From Negaprion brevirostris (Eukaryota), in the NCBI GenBank assembly GCA_030324005.1, contig JARDVH010000106.1, positions 60,635,117 to 60,699,116 of the forward strand: a stretch of 64,000 bases of DNA, given 5' to 3'. Shown here piece by piece: positions 25,010 through 39,120 of this stretch. The notes under the pieces are model-generated. The model made no database searches and had not been told where the DNA came from. It was given only the letters and a program-made list of their open reading frames with translations. Position 1 is the stretch's first letter; the number at the start of each line of letters is the position of its first letter. Made by a program: the position numbers and the translations under genes.

Positions 25010-25203
25010 CCGGCTCTTCATGTCGGCAGTATATTCTAGTCCTGCCGATGGCGCACCCCTGCTGCCAGTTTTACGGTGGCAAGGGATGCATTCAACAGAA
25101 AACCTTGTTGACAATGCAGGACCAGAAGATCCCACCACCAGTCAATGGCAGGCCATCTCCACTGCTGCAAAATACATGGTGAGTTGCATGGAAAATCCCA
25201 CCC
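25010..25203. mobile_element. Harbinger-like MITE
   Basis: Homologous to 1310-1486 (gaagatcccaccacc..atggaaaatcccaccc). Confidence 0.6.
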
Positions 25204-25249
25204 ATAGATTTTAAACAGCGATTTAAAGGAGAAGAGAAAGATGATGGAA

Positions 25250-26522
25250 GGGGTCATTGACAGTGCTATCAAGTGGAACTTACTCAGAAACACCCTGCTC
25301 AGTGATGTGCAGTCCGGGTTCCATTAGGGTCACTCTTCTCCTCAACTCATTAAAGCCATGATCCAAACATGGATAAAAGAGCTGAACTCAAGAAGTGAGG
25401 TTAGAGTAACTGCCCTTGATACCAAGGCCCATATTTGAACAAACATGGCATCAAAGAGCCCCAGCAAAACTGAAGTCAATGGGAATCAGGGGGAAAATTC
25501 TCCACCGGTTGGAGTCATACCTAACAGAAAAGATGATGATTGTGGTTGTTGGAGGACATCATGTCAGTCACAGGACATCAGTGCAGAAGTTTCACAAGGT
25601 ACTGCACTAGGCCTAATCATCTTCAGCTGCTTCATCAATGACCTTCCTCCACTGTCAATTGGAAGTAAGAATGTTTGCTGATGATTGCGCAATGTTCAAC
25701 ATCATTTGCAACTTCTCAAATACTGAAGCAGCCCATGTCCAAATGCAGCAAGCCTTGGACAATATCCAGGCTTGAAATGACAAATGATAAGTAATATTCA
25801 TGTCACACAAGTGCCAGGCAATGACCATCTCCAACAGAAAATCCAATCATCTCTTCTTGACATTCAATGGCATTACAATCACTAAATCCCCCAATATCAA
25901 CATCCTAGGGATTACCATTGACCAAAATCTAAACTGGACCAGCCATAGGAATACTTTGGCTAGAACAGTAGGTCAGAGGCTGAGAATTCTGTGTCAAGTA
26001 ACTCACCTCCAGACTCTCCAAAGCCTTTTCAACACCTACAAGGCACAAGTCAAGAATGTGATGGAATTGGCTCCACTTGCCTGGATGAATGTAGCTCCAA
26101 CAATACTCAAGAACCTTGAAAGAATCCGGGGCAAAGTAGCCCATCCATCACCTTCAACATTCGCTCCCTCCACCACCAATGCACAAAGGCAACAGTATGT
26201 ATCGTCACCATGATGCATTGCAACAACTCACCAAGGCTCCATCCAAACCCATGACCTCTATCACCTTGAAGAACAAGAATAGCAGATACATGAGAACACC
26301 ACCAACTGCACATCACCCTGGCTTGTATTTATATCAGTGTTCCTTCACTGTCACTGGGCCAAGATCTGGAACACCCTCCCAAACAGCACTGTGGGTATTC
26401 CTAAACCACATGGGCTGCAGTGGTTCAAGAAGGTAGCTCACCACCACTTTTTCAACAGCAGTTAGGGATGGGCAATGCTGGTCTAGTCAGTGATGTCCGT
26501 ATCTTGTGAAGGAATAAAAAAC
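25250..26522 (+). mobile_element. Non-LTR LINE (CR1/L2/Crack group), RT and 3' end, frameshifted
   Basis: WHQRAPAKLKSMGIRG..IIFSCFINDL..FADD..ILGITIDQNLNWTSH..YKAQVKNVME; aataaaaa end. Confidence 0.85.
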
Positions 26523-27419
26523 AGGGAAGTCAGTTATCTGTCTTGGAATTTCAGAGTGTGGGAATAGTTGAGGAACCATTCCTCCACTCTTATCAATCAT
26601 CAGTATCCTGATAGACATCAAACCATCTTCATTTTTCAGAAATGGTCTGAACTTATCATAGCTCTGGCTGCTGTCCCAATCTGGTGAAAGGTGAATTTAC
26701 AACTTAGGTCAGAAAGCATGACTCAATTATTTAAGACAGCGGGGCTTAAACAATGGAAACTATGGAAAATAATGGAAACTAAATAATGGAACTATCGAAA
26801 AGTGACATCTGAATATTTGTACTGACAACACACACAAAGCACAAGAAATTAAGTTAAGTTAAGTTAACTGGAGAAATGACATTTCCAAGTTTAAGAGAAC
26901 TGTAGCACCAACATTATTGCAAAGATAAAATATCTAATTATAACCTTAACTTTTTAATTAAAGTTTAAAACTTGGGGCAGTTTCTGAATGACTCAGGGGC
27001 AGGCTTAGAAATAGAAGTTTCACTTGGAAGAATAGCAATTAGATGTTACAAGAGAGAAATTTGTGCTACATTAACAAAATAGGGAGTTATACTGATCTCA
27101 TTAGCCCAATGAAAAAATAGTTAATTAGTATAGGTAANNNNNNNNNNNNNNNNNNNNNNNNNNNNNNNNNNNNNNNNNNNNNNNNNNNNNNNNNNNNNNN
27201 NNNNNNNNNNNNNNNNNNNNNNNNNNNNNNNNNNNNNAAAAATAGTTAATTAGTATAGGTAAAAAAAAGCAAATTATAGCCGATGCTGGAATCTGAAACA
27301 AAAGCAGAAAATGCTGTAAAATCTCTCTGTATAGAGAACAGCTCTAGCAGGGATGATCATGAGCCCAGATTCACTGTACACAGAAATGCCAGCAGCTCCT
27401 CAAGGTCATAAAATCACAG

Positions 27420-28010
27420 GTGATCAGAATCTCAGATTCTCCCTGCCCCTCGTTAGCGACATCAGATTCATGCCCATAATGAGCATAAACATGTTTTACG
27501 TGAATTTCAATGTAATTCCATATCACCTAACCCTGCTCCCTCCCAGATATTGACTCCAGCCATATAATGACGCCGTGCTGACATGATGTCACTTTGGTGC
27601 AGTTTACAACAGGTTCACCTCGATGTCAACCTGTTTTACGTGTCCTTCCTGGGAGCATAAAGGTAAGCATAGCTCGCAGTGAGACACGCCTAGCCATACT
27701 CCCTAGCACTGCCCCATAACACATGTCCATGCCAGCCTGGCAATGTCAACCTGTGCCAAGGGGCGGGCCCTGAGAAGTAGGGTCATTTAGATGTAGTGAG
27801 GCCAGGGAACAGAGAAGCAGGGATGCTGCAATGGCCATTGCTGGGTGTGGGAGTGGGTTCTAGTTCCATCTGCCTATGTCCCATTGTGGACATGAACCTA
27901 ACGATGCCACCAGCAACGGACAGGCAAGATCCAAGGTTGCGATCTCCTGACGAGATCTTCAACCTCTGGATCTTGAGCCCCCTCCAGTATTCTCACAATG
28001 GTGTGAATGG
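27420..28010. mobile_element. Non-autonomous DNA transposon nested in a short repeat (27265-28085)
   Basis: GC-rich MITE-like body between gatgctggaatctgaaacaaaagcagaaaatgctg and ctgagattttccagtattttt. Confidence 0.45.
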
Positions 28011-28779
28011 ATTCAACATCACCCCAGCAGCTCTGGTGTCTCTCCACAGATGCTATCAGGCCCGCTGAGATTTTCCAGTATTTTTTGTAATTAATCAGGA
28101 AATCAGCTCATTAACTGGAATTGTTGAACAGATACAGTTCTTATTCGGTTCTCCAAAAGAGAGATGTATTTAGATTTAGATGCAATTACGTTATGGAAAA
28201 ACATGACAGTCACATAGTAAAAGTTTTAAAGGAGGGTAAATAAGAAGAACAGGTTTGATAATTTGAATGCTGAGGGCAAAATCACAATTGCCACAATGAT
28301 AAGCTGTGATTGTTAGTACCAAACAATTGCACATGCATTTAATTATCACCTGCACTACATACTTAATAAATCTATTAACAGTTGACCTCAATATTTTGAG
28401 AACTTTATTAATTTTGAGAATTAGATATAACATAAAATCATAACTAAGTACATCGTTCAACAGACACAGCTAACTCTAGCTGCAGTAAGTAAGTAAAGTC
28501 ACCATCATCCCATAGGCTGAGACCGAGGGTCACCACACCTTAGGCGAGGGGCAAGATTGAGAAGGCCGGGCCTTCATGAATAACCTCACCGGTACAGGAA
28601 TTGAACTCATGCTGTTGGCATCGCTCTGCATCACTAACCAATATCAGTGTAACAAAAGTTATGCAATTGGAGATAAGTAAAAGAACTTTTACTTCACATC
28701 CTGCCCATGCTGTACATAACTTGGGAGAATTTGATTCTGACAAAGATGTCAAAATTACAGCTTGCATGCAAACATACAA

Positions 28780-29990
28780 GAGGAAACTAATTGGTCCATC
28801 AAGCCTGGCCCATCCCAAAATGCTGGAACCTCACGAACATCCAAAACCCACCCCCTCCCAAATTCACATGGTCTCCTGAGAGAGCAAAAGTACAAGACTA
28901 ATTTAGGAAGAAATTCCTCAAAGACAATCAAGGATTCTCAAGGATATTGCATCACTTGATGTCCCTCATCCCAATTAATCCCACTACTTTTTATAACTTC
29001 TATCTCAGAAACTTGTGCAAGCACCTTATGAAAACCTGCAGCAAATCTACACTCAGCTCTTCCAGAGGTTAACAATTCTCTGTGAAAAGTAATTATTCAT
29101 AATTTACTGCTAACCTAACGCTATACTTTTGCAACTTTTACTGATTCCCGAGACCTCCCCAACAGATTTATGTCAAATACCGCATCCATTTGTGGACTAC
29201 CTATTGCCTTCATTATTTTAAAGATTTCAATAATATCACACAAAGACTATCTTTTCCCAGAGAACAAAATTCCTAGTATCCTATGCCTATCTTCATAATA
29301 AAAGACTCCTAGACTAAATATCAATTAAGCGNNNNNNNNNNNNNCCACACCAAGTGACGAGACCGAGATGGGACATGGTATTCTAGATATGGCTGAACAA
29401 AGCCTTTCTACAAATTAAGAATTTTTATTTATAGTTTTATACATCATGTGAATATTTATCATGGAGTTACATCCTAAAACTCCACTCAGTTTTGCATCAA
29501 CTTTACAGCACTAATCAGAGACAGTTTCTCATGAATTACAATCTCGAGGTCATATTTATACTCTAAAGCCTTGAGCAGGCTATCCTATATGGTGTACACA
29601 TGCCTGGAATAACCAAGGCTCAAATGTAACAAGTGTTTTAAAATGATTTTGCACTGCTGATTTATGTACATGTGCTCACAAAGACCATTTCCCCAGTGTA
29701 GCTAAATCTGCCTGCAGGCTATTTCATCAAAGTTCCGAACTTTTGCACTTTTGTTTCTTTGTGTGAGCAACAAATTTGTGCACGAATTCTCTGATGTGTG
29801 CGTCTAGATCATCAGTAATAACGAATAAGAACAACCAAGCTAACACAAAAATACTGTTGATTTTCACGATAGACCAACCCACAAAGAGCTGATGACCATG
29901 CTTTGTCTTCACAGATGCAAACCATTCATTTTGCAGCTTTGCAACCTCTTCAACAATTCTATCGAGCTGGGAAGATTCCATCATAAAGAA
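28780..29990 (-). mobile_element. Highly decayed CR1 LINE
   Basis: Residual NEWFASV..LFLFVITDDLD..VHKFVAHTK (RT motif region). Confidence 0.55.
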
Positions 29991-30019
29991 AGCCTTCTAC
30001 TTTTTGATGATCATACATA

Positions 30020-32045
30020 GGGACACAAGAGTGATGCCAGAAGACTCGAGAATTGCAAATGTTGCACCTTTGCTCAAAAAGGGGTGCAAGAATAAAGTGG
30101 GCAACTACAAGCCGGTCAGTTTTGACTTCAGTGACAGGGAAACATCTAGAAAATATAATTCTGAACAAAATCAATAGTCACTTAGACACGTGCAGGATAA
30201 TTAAGGAAAGCCAACATGGATTCATTAAGGGAAAACCATGTTTAAACTATACTAGAGTTTTGTGAGGAGGTAACAGAGAAGGTTGATAAGGGCAACACTG
30301 TTGATGTGGTGTACATGAATTTTAAAGAGGCATTTGATACAGTGCCACACAATAGGCTGGTGAGCAAAATTCTCATTTCTGGGCCTGAATTTTTTGTCTG
30401 TCGGGCCTGTATTCTTGGTGGGCCTGGAAACGGGCGTACAACACACTTCTGGCTGGGGTCAGCCCCGGAACACAATTTCACACTGGCTGGCTAATTGACG
30501 GGCAAGTGTAAAACTCGCACTGGTGAGTGGGCATCAAGGAAAGGGAGCATGATGACAAGCGCTTCTAATTTGCTCCCTCACGGTGACAGCCTCTGTGGCA
30601 TGGTCTCAGGGAGCTGCTGACAGGTGAGAAATAAATGGCAACAGAAAAACTCTGCAAAGATTGTCTAGGCAGCACATTTAGATACAAACCGCAGGCTTAC
30701 ACACCTTTTTAAATTTTATTTTAGTCCTGAAATTTCATTCCATTCTGGACTGAGGCTGAACCTAAAATGTAAATACCACCTGGCCAATCAGCCCACCAAC
30801 TGTAAAAGCAGATAGGCGTCACAATAGGTCGCTTAGTGGGCTAAATTGACCACTTAATTGTTGGCAGGCACACTTCTGATTCTGCCATACACCNNNNNNN
30901 NNNNNNNNNNNNNAGTGTGTGATAACGTCAGGACACATGCCCACTGTCCTCTTGCAGAATTTTATGTGCTTTCGGTGAGGCGTCTGCCCGCCCAATCAAT
31001 ATAAAATCCTGGCCCTGGAATAAAAGGGAAGGTAGCCACTTGGATAAAAAATTGGCAGGAAACAGACAGCAGTGTTAGGTGGCTGTTTTACAAGTTGGAG
31101 GAAGGTTTATGGTGGAGTTCCCCAGGAGTCAGTGTTGCCCTTCCTAATATATATTAATGACCTCGACTGTGGTGTTCAGGGCATGATTTCAAAACTTTTA
31201 GATGATATGAAGATTGGAAATGTGACAAGGATAGTCATGAACTTCAAAAGGACATACACATGTTGATGGATTGGGCAAACAAATGGTGGGTGAAGTTGAC
31301 TGCAGAGAAGTGTGAGATGATTCACTCCGGCAAAAAGAATATGGAGAGACAGCGCAAAATAAAGGGTGGAAAGATAAAGGAGGTGCAGACACAGAGCAAC
31401 CTTGGTGTATATGTACAAAAGTAATTGAAGATAACAGGACATGTTGAGGGAGCAGTTAACAAAGCAGATAGTGCCTCAGGTTTTATTGATAAGAGCATTA
31501 AGTACAAGAATAAAAAAGGTTATGTTGAACTTGTATAAGACACTAGTTAAGCCTCATCTGGAGTGCTGCTTCCAATTCTGGGACCATACTCAAGGAAGGA
31601 TGTGAAGGCATTGGAGATAGTACAGAGGAAATCCACCAGAATAATTCCAAGGATAAACAACTGTAGCTATGAAGATAGATTGGAGGGGTTGGGTCTGTTT
31701 TCCTTAGAGAAAAGAAGGTTGAGACAGGGTAAATGATGAGTAACTGTTCCCACTCAAGAAAGCTTCATGAATTCACAGATTCAAAATAATTGGCTAAATA
31801 AGTAAAAGTGACGTGAGGAAAAATATTTTCACCTTGGAGGTGTTTGGAATCTGTAATGAATATCCTGAGAGGATGGTGGAGGCAGGTTTGATCGAGGTAT
31901 TCAAAAGGGAATTAGATTGCTACCTGCCAAGAGAATTGGCAAGGTTACAAGGATAGGGAACTAGGTACAAATTCTCTTTCAGAGAGCCAGTGCAGACTTG
32001 ATAGGACAAATGACCTCCTTCTGCACTGCAATGATTCTGTGATAC
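30020..32045 (+). mobile_element. CR1 LINE ORF2 remnant interrupted by a MITE
   Basis: IIKESQHGFIKGKPCL..VYMNFKEAFDTVPH [insert] GVPQESVL..IYINDLD..; CR1 3' UTR. Confidence 0.9.
30382..31014. mobile_element. Harbinger-like MITE inserted into CR1
   Basis: TIRs ggcctgaatttt / aaaatcctggcc; 3-bp duplication ctg; CR1 sequence resumes on both sides. Confidence 0.75.
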
Positions 32046-33664
32046 ATTGCATCTCTCACCACACCAACTGATATCTAGCCTACAAAAAAATTCTGGGTCT
32101 ACAGTTTCCTGGTTCCGAATTACTATCCTTCTTGAAAAAATAAAAGCACGGACATCCCTCCAGAACAAATACAATACTTCAGTGAGCTGTTACAATTATG
32201 AGCCAATGGAATACATAGTAACAACCCTTCTGTTTTAAGCACCAAGTAAGTTGTTATATAATCAGGTTAATGTACCAAAATGGCTCACAGAAGGGAGGAG
32301 GATAACTGCAAGTCAAGTTGGATAGAAATCTTGACTAGCTATAGCAAGGTAGAAGGTATGAAAATAGGATTCCGAAGTAGACCTTGCTGCTCTAGTGCTA
32401 CTGTTGATGGTGGTAGAGGAGGCCAAAGATAGGATAAGGAGGAACTTAGCTGGGACATATAGCTAGAGGAGGGTGCATAGACAGACTGCAGTGAGGCCAT
32501 GTAAGAATTGATAAACAACCAGTAAGTGAGATGAGTAGAGAGTTTAATTGATTCAGGTACAACAGAAGTGGAAAAAAATTCAATTCCCCACATTTATTTT
32601 AATTAGCATTTATGCTCATTTTGAATATTTAAACAGAGAACAAAATGTAATTATACCACTAAAACATCAATCTTCAAAGTCTCTTTTGATGAAGTTAGGC
32701 ATCATTCAAGTTTCCTGAATCCTTCACTGAACACTCTCCATGACAGCAAATTCAATGCATGACAAATTGTAAGAAGCTTTGCAGCAGACTAAAGGACATC
32801 AATGACAGGTTAAGGAGAAAGAACAGACTCATTGCAAATAGTTTATATAATGCCATACATGCTGAGAAAATAAAGAAAGAAAATTTATCAGAACTAATGA
32901 CATTTTCAGTAGGGTGGTAGACCTGTGAGACCTGCCAGTACAGAATTGATTTTCTTTAAAAAAAAAGTAACAAAAAGGAAAATGGAATTTTGGGGTTTAT
33001 ATAAGCCAGCGGTGAATGCAAACCAAGTAATCATGAAGCTTGATTAGGCAGCTATAATGCGCTGTGCTTTCAACTTGGTTGGAGATAAAGATATTAATGT
33101 CATGCAAACACTGCAATGTAGATTCATTGGCAATAATATTAGGATCCAATTTTCTGAGACTTCAATCAAAGCCCTGGTTGCATTTACTGCTGCCCAGGGG
33201 GTTAAGTGAGGTACATCTAAGAAAGTACATTTAAAATTAGGAAAGGATTGAAAGACGAAGTGCTGAAAGATTATTTTCACCGGCTACCAAGAAGGATGAA
33301 TACAAGAAGAATTAATATTCCAAGGATAAAGTTACAAGGGATTCCTCTTACTTAAAGGTTACGAGAAAATGGACTATTGCTCCAAAAATGACCACTGAAG
33401 CTGAGTTTATCTGATATTTAAGGAAGATGAATACAGGGAACAATCTGGGGAACAGAATTACATATCCTAAGTGAGGGAAGTTAGCAATACAGGCTCAAGA
33501 GGCCAGACTGTTTCCTTCTCATTGAAAATGTAATAATTCTTTCTACACAGAGATTTGAAAGGGATACTTGCCTCAAAAGGATGAGCATTGATGTCTGATC
33601 AAACATTTACAGGTCTCTTGGATTTTTTTCCCACATTGTCACCTGTTAAACAATTTGAAAACAG

Positions 33665-34040
33665 CAACACAAGAACACAAGAAATAGAAGTAGGAGTAAG
33701 TCACCAGGCCCTTGACACCTGCCCCACCATTCAAGATGATCACTGCTGATCTATGCCGGCCTCAAATCCTTTTTTGTGTCAGTTCCCCATGGTCCTCTAT
33801 TCTTCGATCCATCAAATATTTATCCACCTCAGTTTGAATACTTCTAATGACCCTTTGGGGCAGAGAACACCAGAGATACACCACCTCCTGTGAGAAGAAA
33901 TATCTATGCACCTCAGTTTTAAATGACTGGCTCTTTTCTTGTAGCAATGTCACCTCTCCCACTAATGAAAACATCTTGCCATCTACCCTGTCAAGCCCCC
34001 TCAGGATCTTATCTGCTTGAATAAGATCACCCCTGACTTC
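33665..34040 (-). mobile_element. CR1 LINE 3' end
   Basis: VRGDLIQADKILRGLDRVD; (caagaaca)n tail. Confidence 0.85.
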
Positions 34041-34189
34041 CTGATCTCTACTGCTCTTCACAGGGAGGTTAGACCTCTCCTGAAGACAGGAAGCACTGTC
34101 ATCCTGGCTTCCCTTATAGCCTTCAGTGCACATAGCAAGGAGAGGGTTGTGGAAAATATGCACATCTGCCCTATACTTGGGTAACATAC

Positions 34190-34600
34190 CATCAATAAAA
34201 AGAGTTCAGCATCTGATTTTAACTGTGTAATAAAGATTGGCCTTTCATTACGCAAGGCACTTGGAAGTTAATCAATGCAAAGGATGTTACAAGAGTGCAA
34301 GTGCTATTATATTCCGAGATCAAATGAATTTGCACTTGGTTCAACAGTGGACAATTCCAAATTGAGCGATGGACTGAGCTGTACACTGTCTTTGGTTATT
34401 CAGACATTTGATGCATTTATGCTTTTTATCAAGGACAGCAGAGTCAACAGAGAAAACAGAATACATCTAATGATGCCCTCTCAGTCACAGCAAACTTTTT
34501 AATATTTTTTGGCAGATCTCTGCTTAAAGAACAATAAACTGATTTTCCAGAGGAATAGTTTTAAATAGCTTGCTTAAGAACTTGCACTAAATTAAAGAAA
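34190..34600 (-). pseudogene. Disrupted exon remnant, RGS-like
   Basis: ATG|gtatgt donor; DLPKNIKKF..VQLSPSLNLELSTVEPSAN..**..PIFITQLKSDAELFLLM, resembling RGSL1 LPLKSQTIQGLKELLPSGD..PWYDEFLDEEDYWFLLF as recalled; 5' boundary approximate. Confidence 0.45.
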
Positions 34601-35344
34601 AATTATGATCATATTTAAAGATAATCTTCACCATCAGGTGTTCATCCAGACTTAATGACTCTCAAAAATAGTGGTGGAAGATTAACCATTTGAATAATTT
34701 TTGAGCTAATAACTTGTGTAAGCATAGATTTTCATTTCCTCAATCACTGAAAACTGTGCTGGTAATGTGAAGGCAAACTTGAAATCTTGAGTCTCAGTTT
34801 TAATGAATATAGGTAACAGATTGTTATAAATTCAAATGTATGATTCAGAATAGACAGGACAGAGTTTGTGTCTGATAGCTTTTCAACTTAACCATTATTT
34901 TATAAAATTGCTGAACACAAAAGTGAAAGGAATCTTTTTTATATCAAATGGAAATGATAACCACAGTGAGCTAAATTCCAGCATGGTCTCCTTGCCCCTC
35001 CTTGTGGTCTTTTACAGTAGCAACATGTTGAATTAATTCCTCTTCCAGTTTTATTTTTCCTGCACAATTTGTGGCATTATCACATTAAAATCATATCTGG
35101 AAATATTTTATTAAGAGTAAATGTAAAGGTTGAAATTATGATACTTGTTAATATTAATATCTTTAAATACTTGTGCAAGGACAATTATGAAGATTACAGT
35201 TTGGAAACTCAGAAAAGAAAAATTACCTGATGTGATTGTTGCTATTGGATTTAGTAATCTTTGTCATGGGCCAGTATTTGTAAATAACTTACTTTTACTT
35301 TTTATTTGTGCTTAAAGGTATTCAGCTCTTCCTAACTTGTTACA

Positions 35345-36058
35345 AACAAGAGAACAAAGAACAAAGAAAATTACAGCATAGACACTCCAAGCCTGCACTG
35401 ACCATGCTGCCCAACTGAACTAAAACCACCTACCCTTCTGGGGACCATATCTCTCTATTCCCATCCTGTTCATGTATTTGTCCAGACGCCCCTTAAAACG
35501 CATTATCGTCTCTCCTTCCACTACCTTCCTGGCAGCAAGTTCCAGGCACCCACCATCCTCTGTGTAAAACAATTTGCCTTGTACATCTCCTTCAAACCTT
35601 GTCCCTCGCACTTTAAACCTATGCCCCCTTGTAATTGACTCTTCCACCCTGAGAAAAAGCCTCTGACTATCCATTCTGTCCATGTCCCTCATAATCTTGT
35701 AGACTTCTATCAGGTCGCCTCTCAACCTCTATCGTTCCAGTGAGAACAAACCAAGTTTCTCCAACCTCTCCTCATAGCTAACACCCTCCATACCAGGCCA
35801 CATCTTGGCAAATCTTTTCTGTACCCTCTTCAAAGCCTCCACATCCTGCTGGTAGTGTGGCAATCAGAATTGAACACTATATTCCAAGTGCAGCCTAACT
35901 AAGGTTCTATAAAGCTGCAACATGACTTGCCAATTTTTAAATTCAGTGCCCCAGCCAATGAAGGCAAGCATTCTGTATGCCTTCTTGACTACCTTCTCCA
36001 CCTGCATTGCCACTTTCAGTGACCTGTGCACCCAGATACCTCTGCCTATCAATATTCT
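35345..36058 (-). mobile_element. CR1 LINE 3' fragment
   Basis: LYRTLVRLHLEYSVQF..RGDLIEVYKIMR; (agaacaa)n tail. Confidence 0.9.
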
Positions 36059-36624
36059 TAAGGGTGACGTAAAATAACAATTTTGGAGGTTCTTCAGTGA
36101 CCCCTGATGCAAGTGTCTGTGTTTGAAGGAGGACAGAATAGAACACAATAACACACACAGTCAAACTGCCTCCTACAACTCACCGCGCAGGCACACATTT
36201 GAAAGGATATTGTCGTCACTTAAGTAATACTAATCAGCCAAGACCATCAATCTAGTTAATGCAAGCTTAATTTCCATTGGAATTCAGTTTTTTAAAAAAA
36301 TCTGGAAACAAAAAAGCCAACCTCAATAAAAATGATCCTGAAACTAGTGTCCGAACATTTTTGTGGAAGGAGAGAAACCTGCTGTGATTACCCAATCCAG
36401 ACCACGATCTGATCCTACACCACTATGGTCAAATCCTCTCAAGTGGTTAAGAAAGCCACTCGGGTTCCAATCTGTTACACAACAGGTCAGGAAAAAGGCC
36501 AACCACAAAACTATCAATGCAACAAAAGTGGGTGTAAATGTCAGCAACACCCACATATCCAGGTTAGGGAAAAAGAACATTCGAAAAATAAAGAGTAAAT
36601 ATTGGACAGAAGAGAAACCAATCC

Positions 36625-38160
36625 AGAATTTCAGAATTGTTACGGTGCAGGAGGCCATTTGGCCCACTGTGTTTGTAGCAGCTCTCCAAATGAACATCAT
36701 GGCTTAGTGCCATTGTCAAGGCTTTTCTCTGTACCACCGCATATTATTTCTTTTCAAGCAATCATCTAATGTTCCCTCGAGAGCCTTGATTGAAGCTGCC
36801 TCCACTACACTGCCAGGCAGTGTGTTCCAGACCCAACCACTTGCTGTGTGAAAAAGCATTTTCTCACATCACATTTCCGTCTTTTGCAAATCACCTTAAA
36901 TCTGTACCCCTCTCCACTCTTGATCCTTTTATGAACAGGAATAGTTTGTCCCTATCTACTCTGTCCAGCCCCCTCATGATTTTGAGCAGCTCTATAAAAT
37001 CTCCTCTCACCCTTCCTCTCTCCAAGGAGAACCGTCCCAACCTATCTTCATAACTGAAGTTTCTCATCCCTGTAACCACTTTTTTAAACCACTTCTGCAT
37101 TCTTTCCAATGCATTCACACCCTTCCTATAGTGTGGTTCTGTACACAATATTCCAGTGAGGTTTAACTAGTGTCTTATATAAGTTTGGTATAACCTCCTT
37201 GCTCTCGTACTCTATGCCCTATTAATGAAGTCCAGAATACTGTATGGTTATGACAGCTCTCTCCATCTGTCCTGCCACCTCCAATGATTTATGCACACAT
37301 ACACCCAGGGCCCTTTGCTCCTGCACCTTTTGTTTTACACTCTCTCTCCACGTTCTTCCTACCAAAATGTATCACCTCGCACTTCTCTGCATTGAATGTC
37401 ATCTGCCCATTCCATCACTTTGTCCATGCCCTTCTGAAGTTCTATACTAGCTTCTTCACATTTATAATACTTCTAAGTTTGTAACATCCGCAATCTTTGA
37501 AACTGTTTCCTACACACCAGGATCTAGATCATATATATAAAATATCAATTGAATGCTACTCTCTGCTCCCTATTATTCAGCCAATATTGTATCCACTGGC
37601 CCTTTTATTTCACAAGCGACAGCTTTCCTCAAGTCTATTTTATAGCACTATATTGAAAGCCTTATGAAATTCCATGTACAACTCATGAGACATAGGAGCA
37701 GAATTAGACCACTCGGCCCATCGCATCTGCTTTGCCATTCAATCATGGCTGATTCTTTTCTGATTCCTATTCTCCTGCCTTTTCCCCCATAACCCTGGAT
37801 CCCCTTATTAATCAAGAACCTATCTATCTCTGTCTTAAAGACACTCAACGACCAGGCCCCCAAAGCCTTCTTCGGCAAAGAGTTCCACAGATTCACCACT
37901 CTCCGGGCTGAAGAAATTCCTCCTCAACTCTGTCTTAAANNNNNNNNNNCTTCAGCCTGAGGTTGTGCCATCAATCGCGTGACCCTCTCTGCTACCTCCT
38001 CAAAAACTCCAGCAAGTTAGTTAAGCACGATTTCCCTTTTAGAAATCCATGCTGGCTTTTCCTAAACGACTCGCATTTTTCCATGTGACTGCTAATTCTA
38101 TCCCAAATAATTGCTTCTAGAAGTTTGCCCACTTGATGTGGAACTGACTGGCCTATAACT
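36625..38160 (-). mobile_element. CR1 LINE remnant with a nested CR1 3' end (37685-37975)
   Basis: ORFs 36891-37148 and 37648-37899 carry CR1 C-terminal motifs. Confidence 0.8.
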
Positions 38161-38307
38161 CAGAAAGAGAAACCAGATCAAAATATTCAAATCTCAGCCA
38201 CAATCAGNNNNNNNNNNNNNNNNNNNNNNNNNNNNNNNNNNNNNNNNNNNNNNNNNNNNNNNNNNNNNNNNNNNNNNNNNNNNNNNNNNNNNNNNNNNNN
38301 NNNNNNN

Positions 38308-39120
38308 TTCCTCCAAATCATTTATATATATTACAAACAGCAAAGGTCCCAGCACTGATCCCTGAGGAACGCCACTTGTCACAGACCTCCATTCAGAAAT
38401 GCACCCTTCCATTGCTACCATCTGTCTTCTATGACCGAGCCAGTTCTGCATCCGCCTTGCCAGGTCACCTCTGATCCCATGCAATTTCACCTTCTGCACC
38501 AGTCTGCCACGATGGACTTTGTCAAAGGTCTTACTGAAGTCTATGTAGACAACATCCACTGCCCTATCCTCAGCATTCACCTTTGTCATGTCCTCGAAAA
38601 ACTCAGTCAAGTTAATGAGACAAGGCCGCTCCTTCACAAACCCATATTGCCTCTTGCTAATACATCCACTTATTTCCAACTGGGAGTAATTCCAGTCTCA
38701 AAGAATCCTCTCCAATAATTTCCCCACCACTGACGTAAAGCTCACCGGCCTGTAAGTACCTGGATTATTCTTGCTACCCATCTTAAACAAAGGAACAACA
38801 TTGACTCTTCTCCAATCCTCTGGGACCTTCCCTCTGGCCAATGAGGATACAAAGATTTCTCTCAAAGCCCCAGAAATTTCCTCCCTTGCCTCTCTCAGTA
38901 TTCTGGGGTATTTCCCATCAGGGCCTGGGGATTTGTCTTCCTTAATGTTTCTTAAGAACCCCAATACCTCCTTTTTTATCTCAACATGACTCAAGCTATC
39001 TACACACCCTTTCCCAGATTTATGATCCATCAATCCTTTTCTTTGGTGAATACTGACGCAAAGTAGTCATTTAATTGCTCACTCATTTCCTCTGGCTCCA
39101 TGCATAGATTCCCTCTCCTG
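38308..39120 (-). mobile_element. CR1 LINE RT domain fragment
   Basis: [58 protein letters not shown]. Confidence 0.92.
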
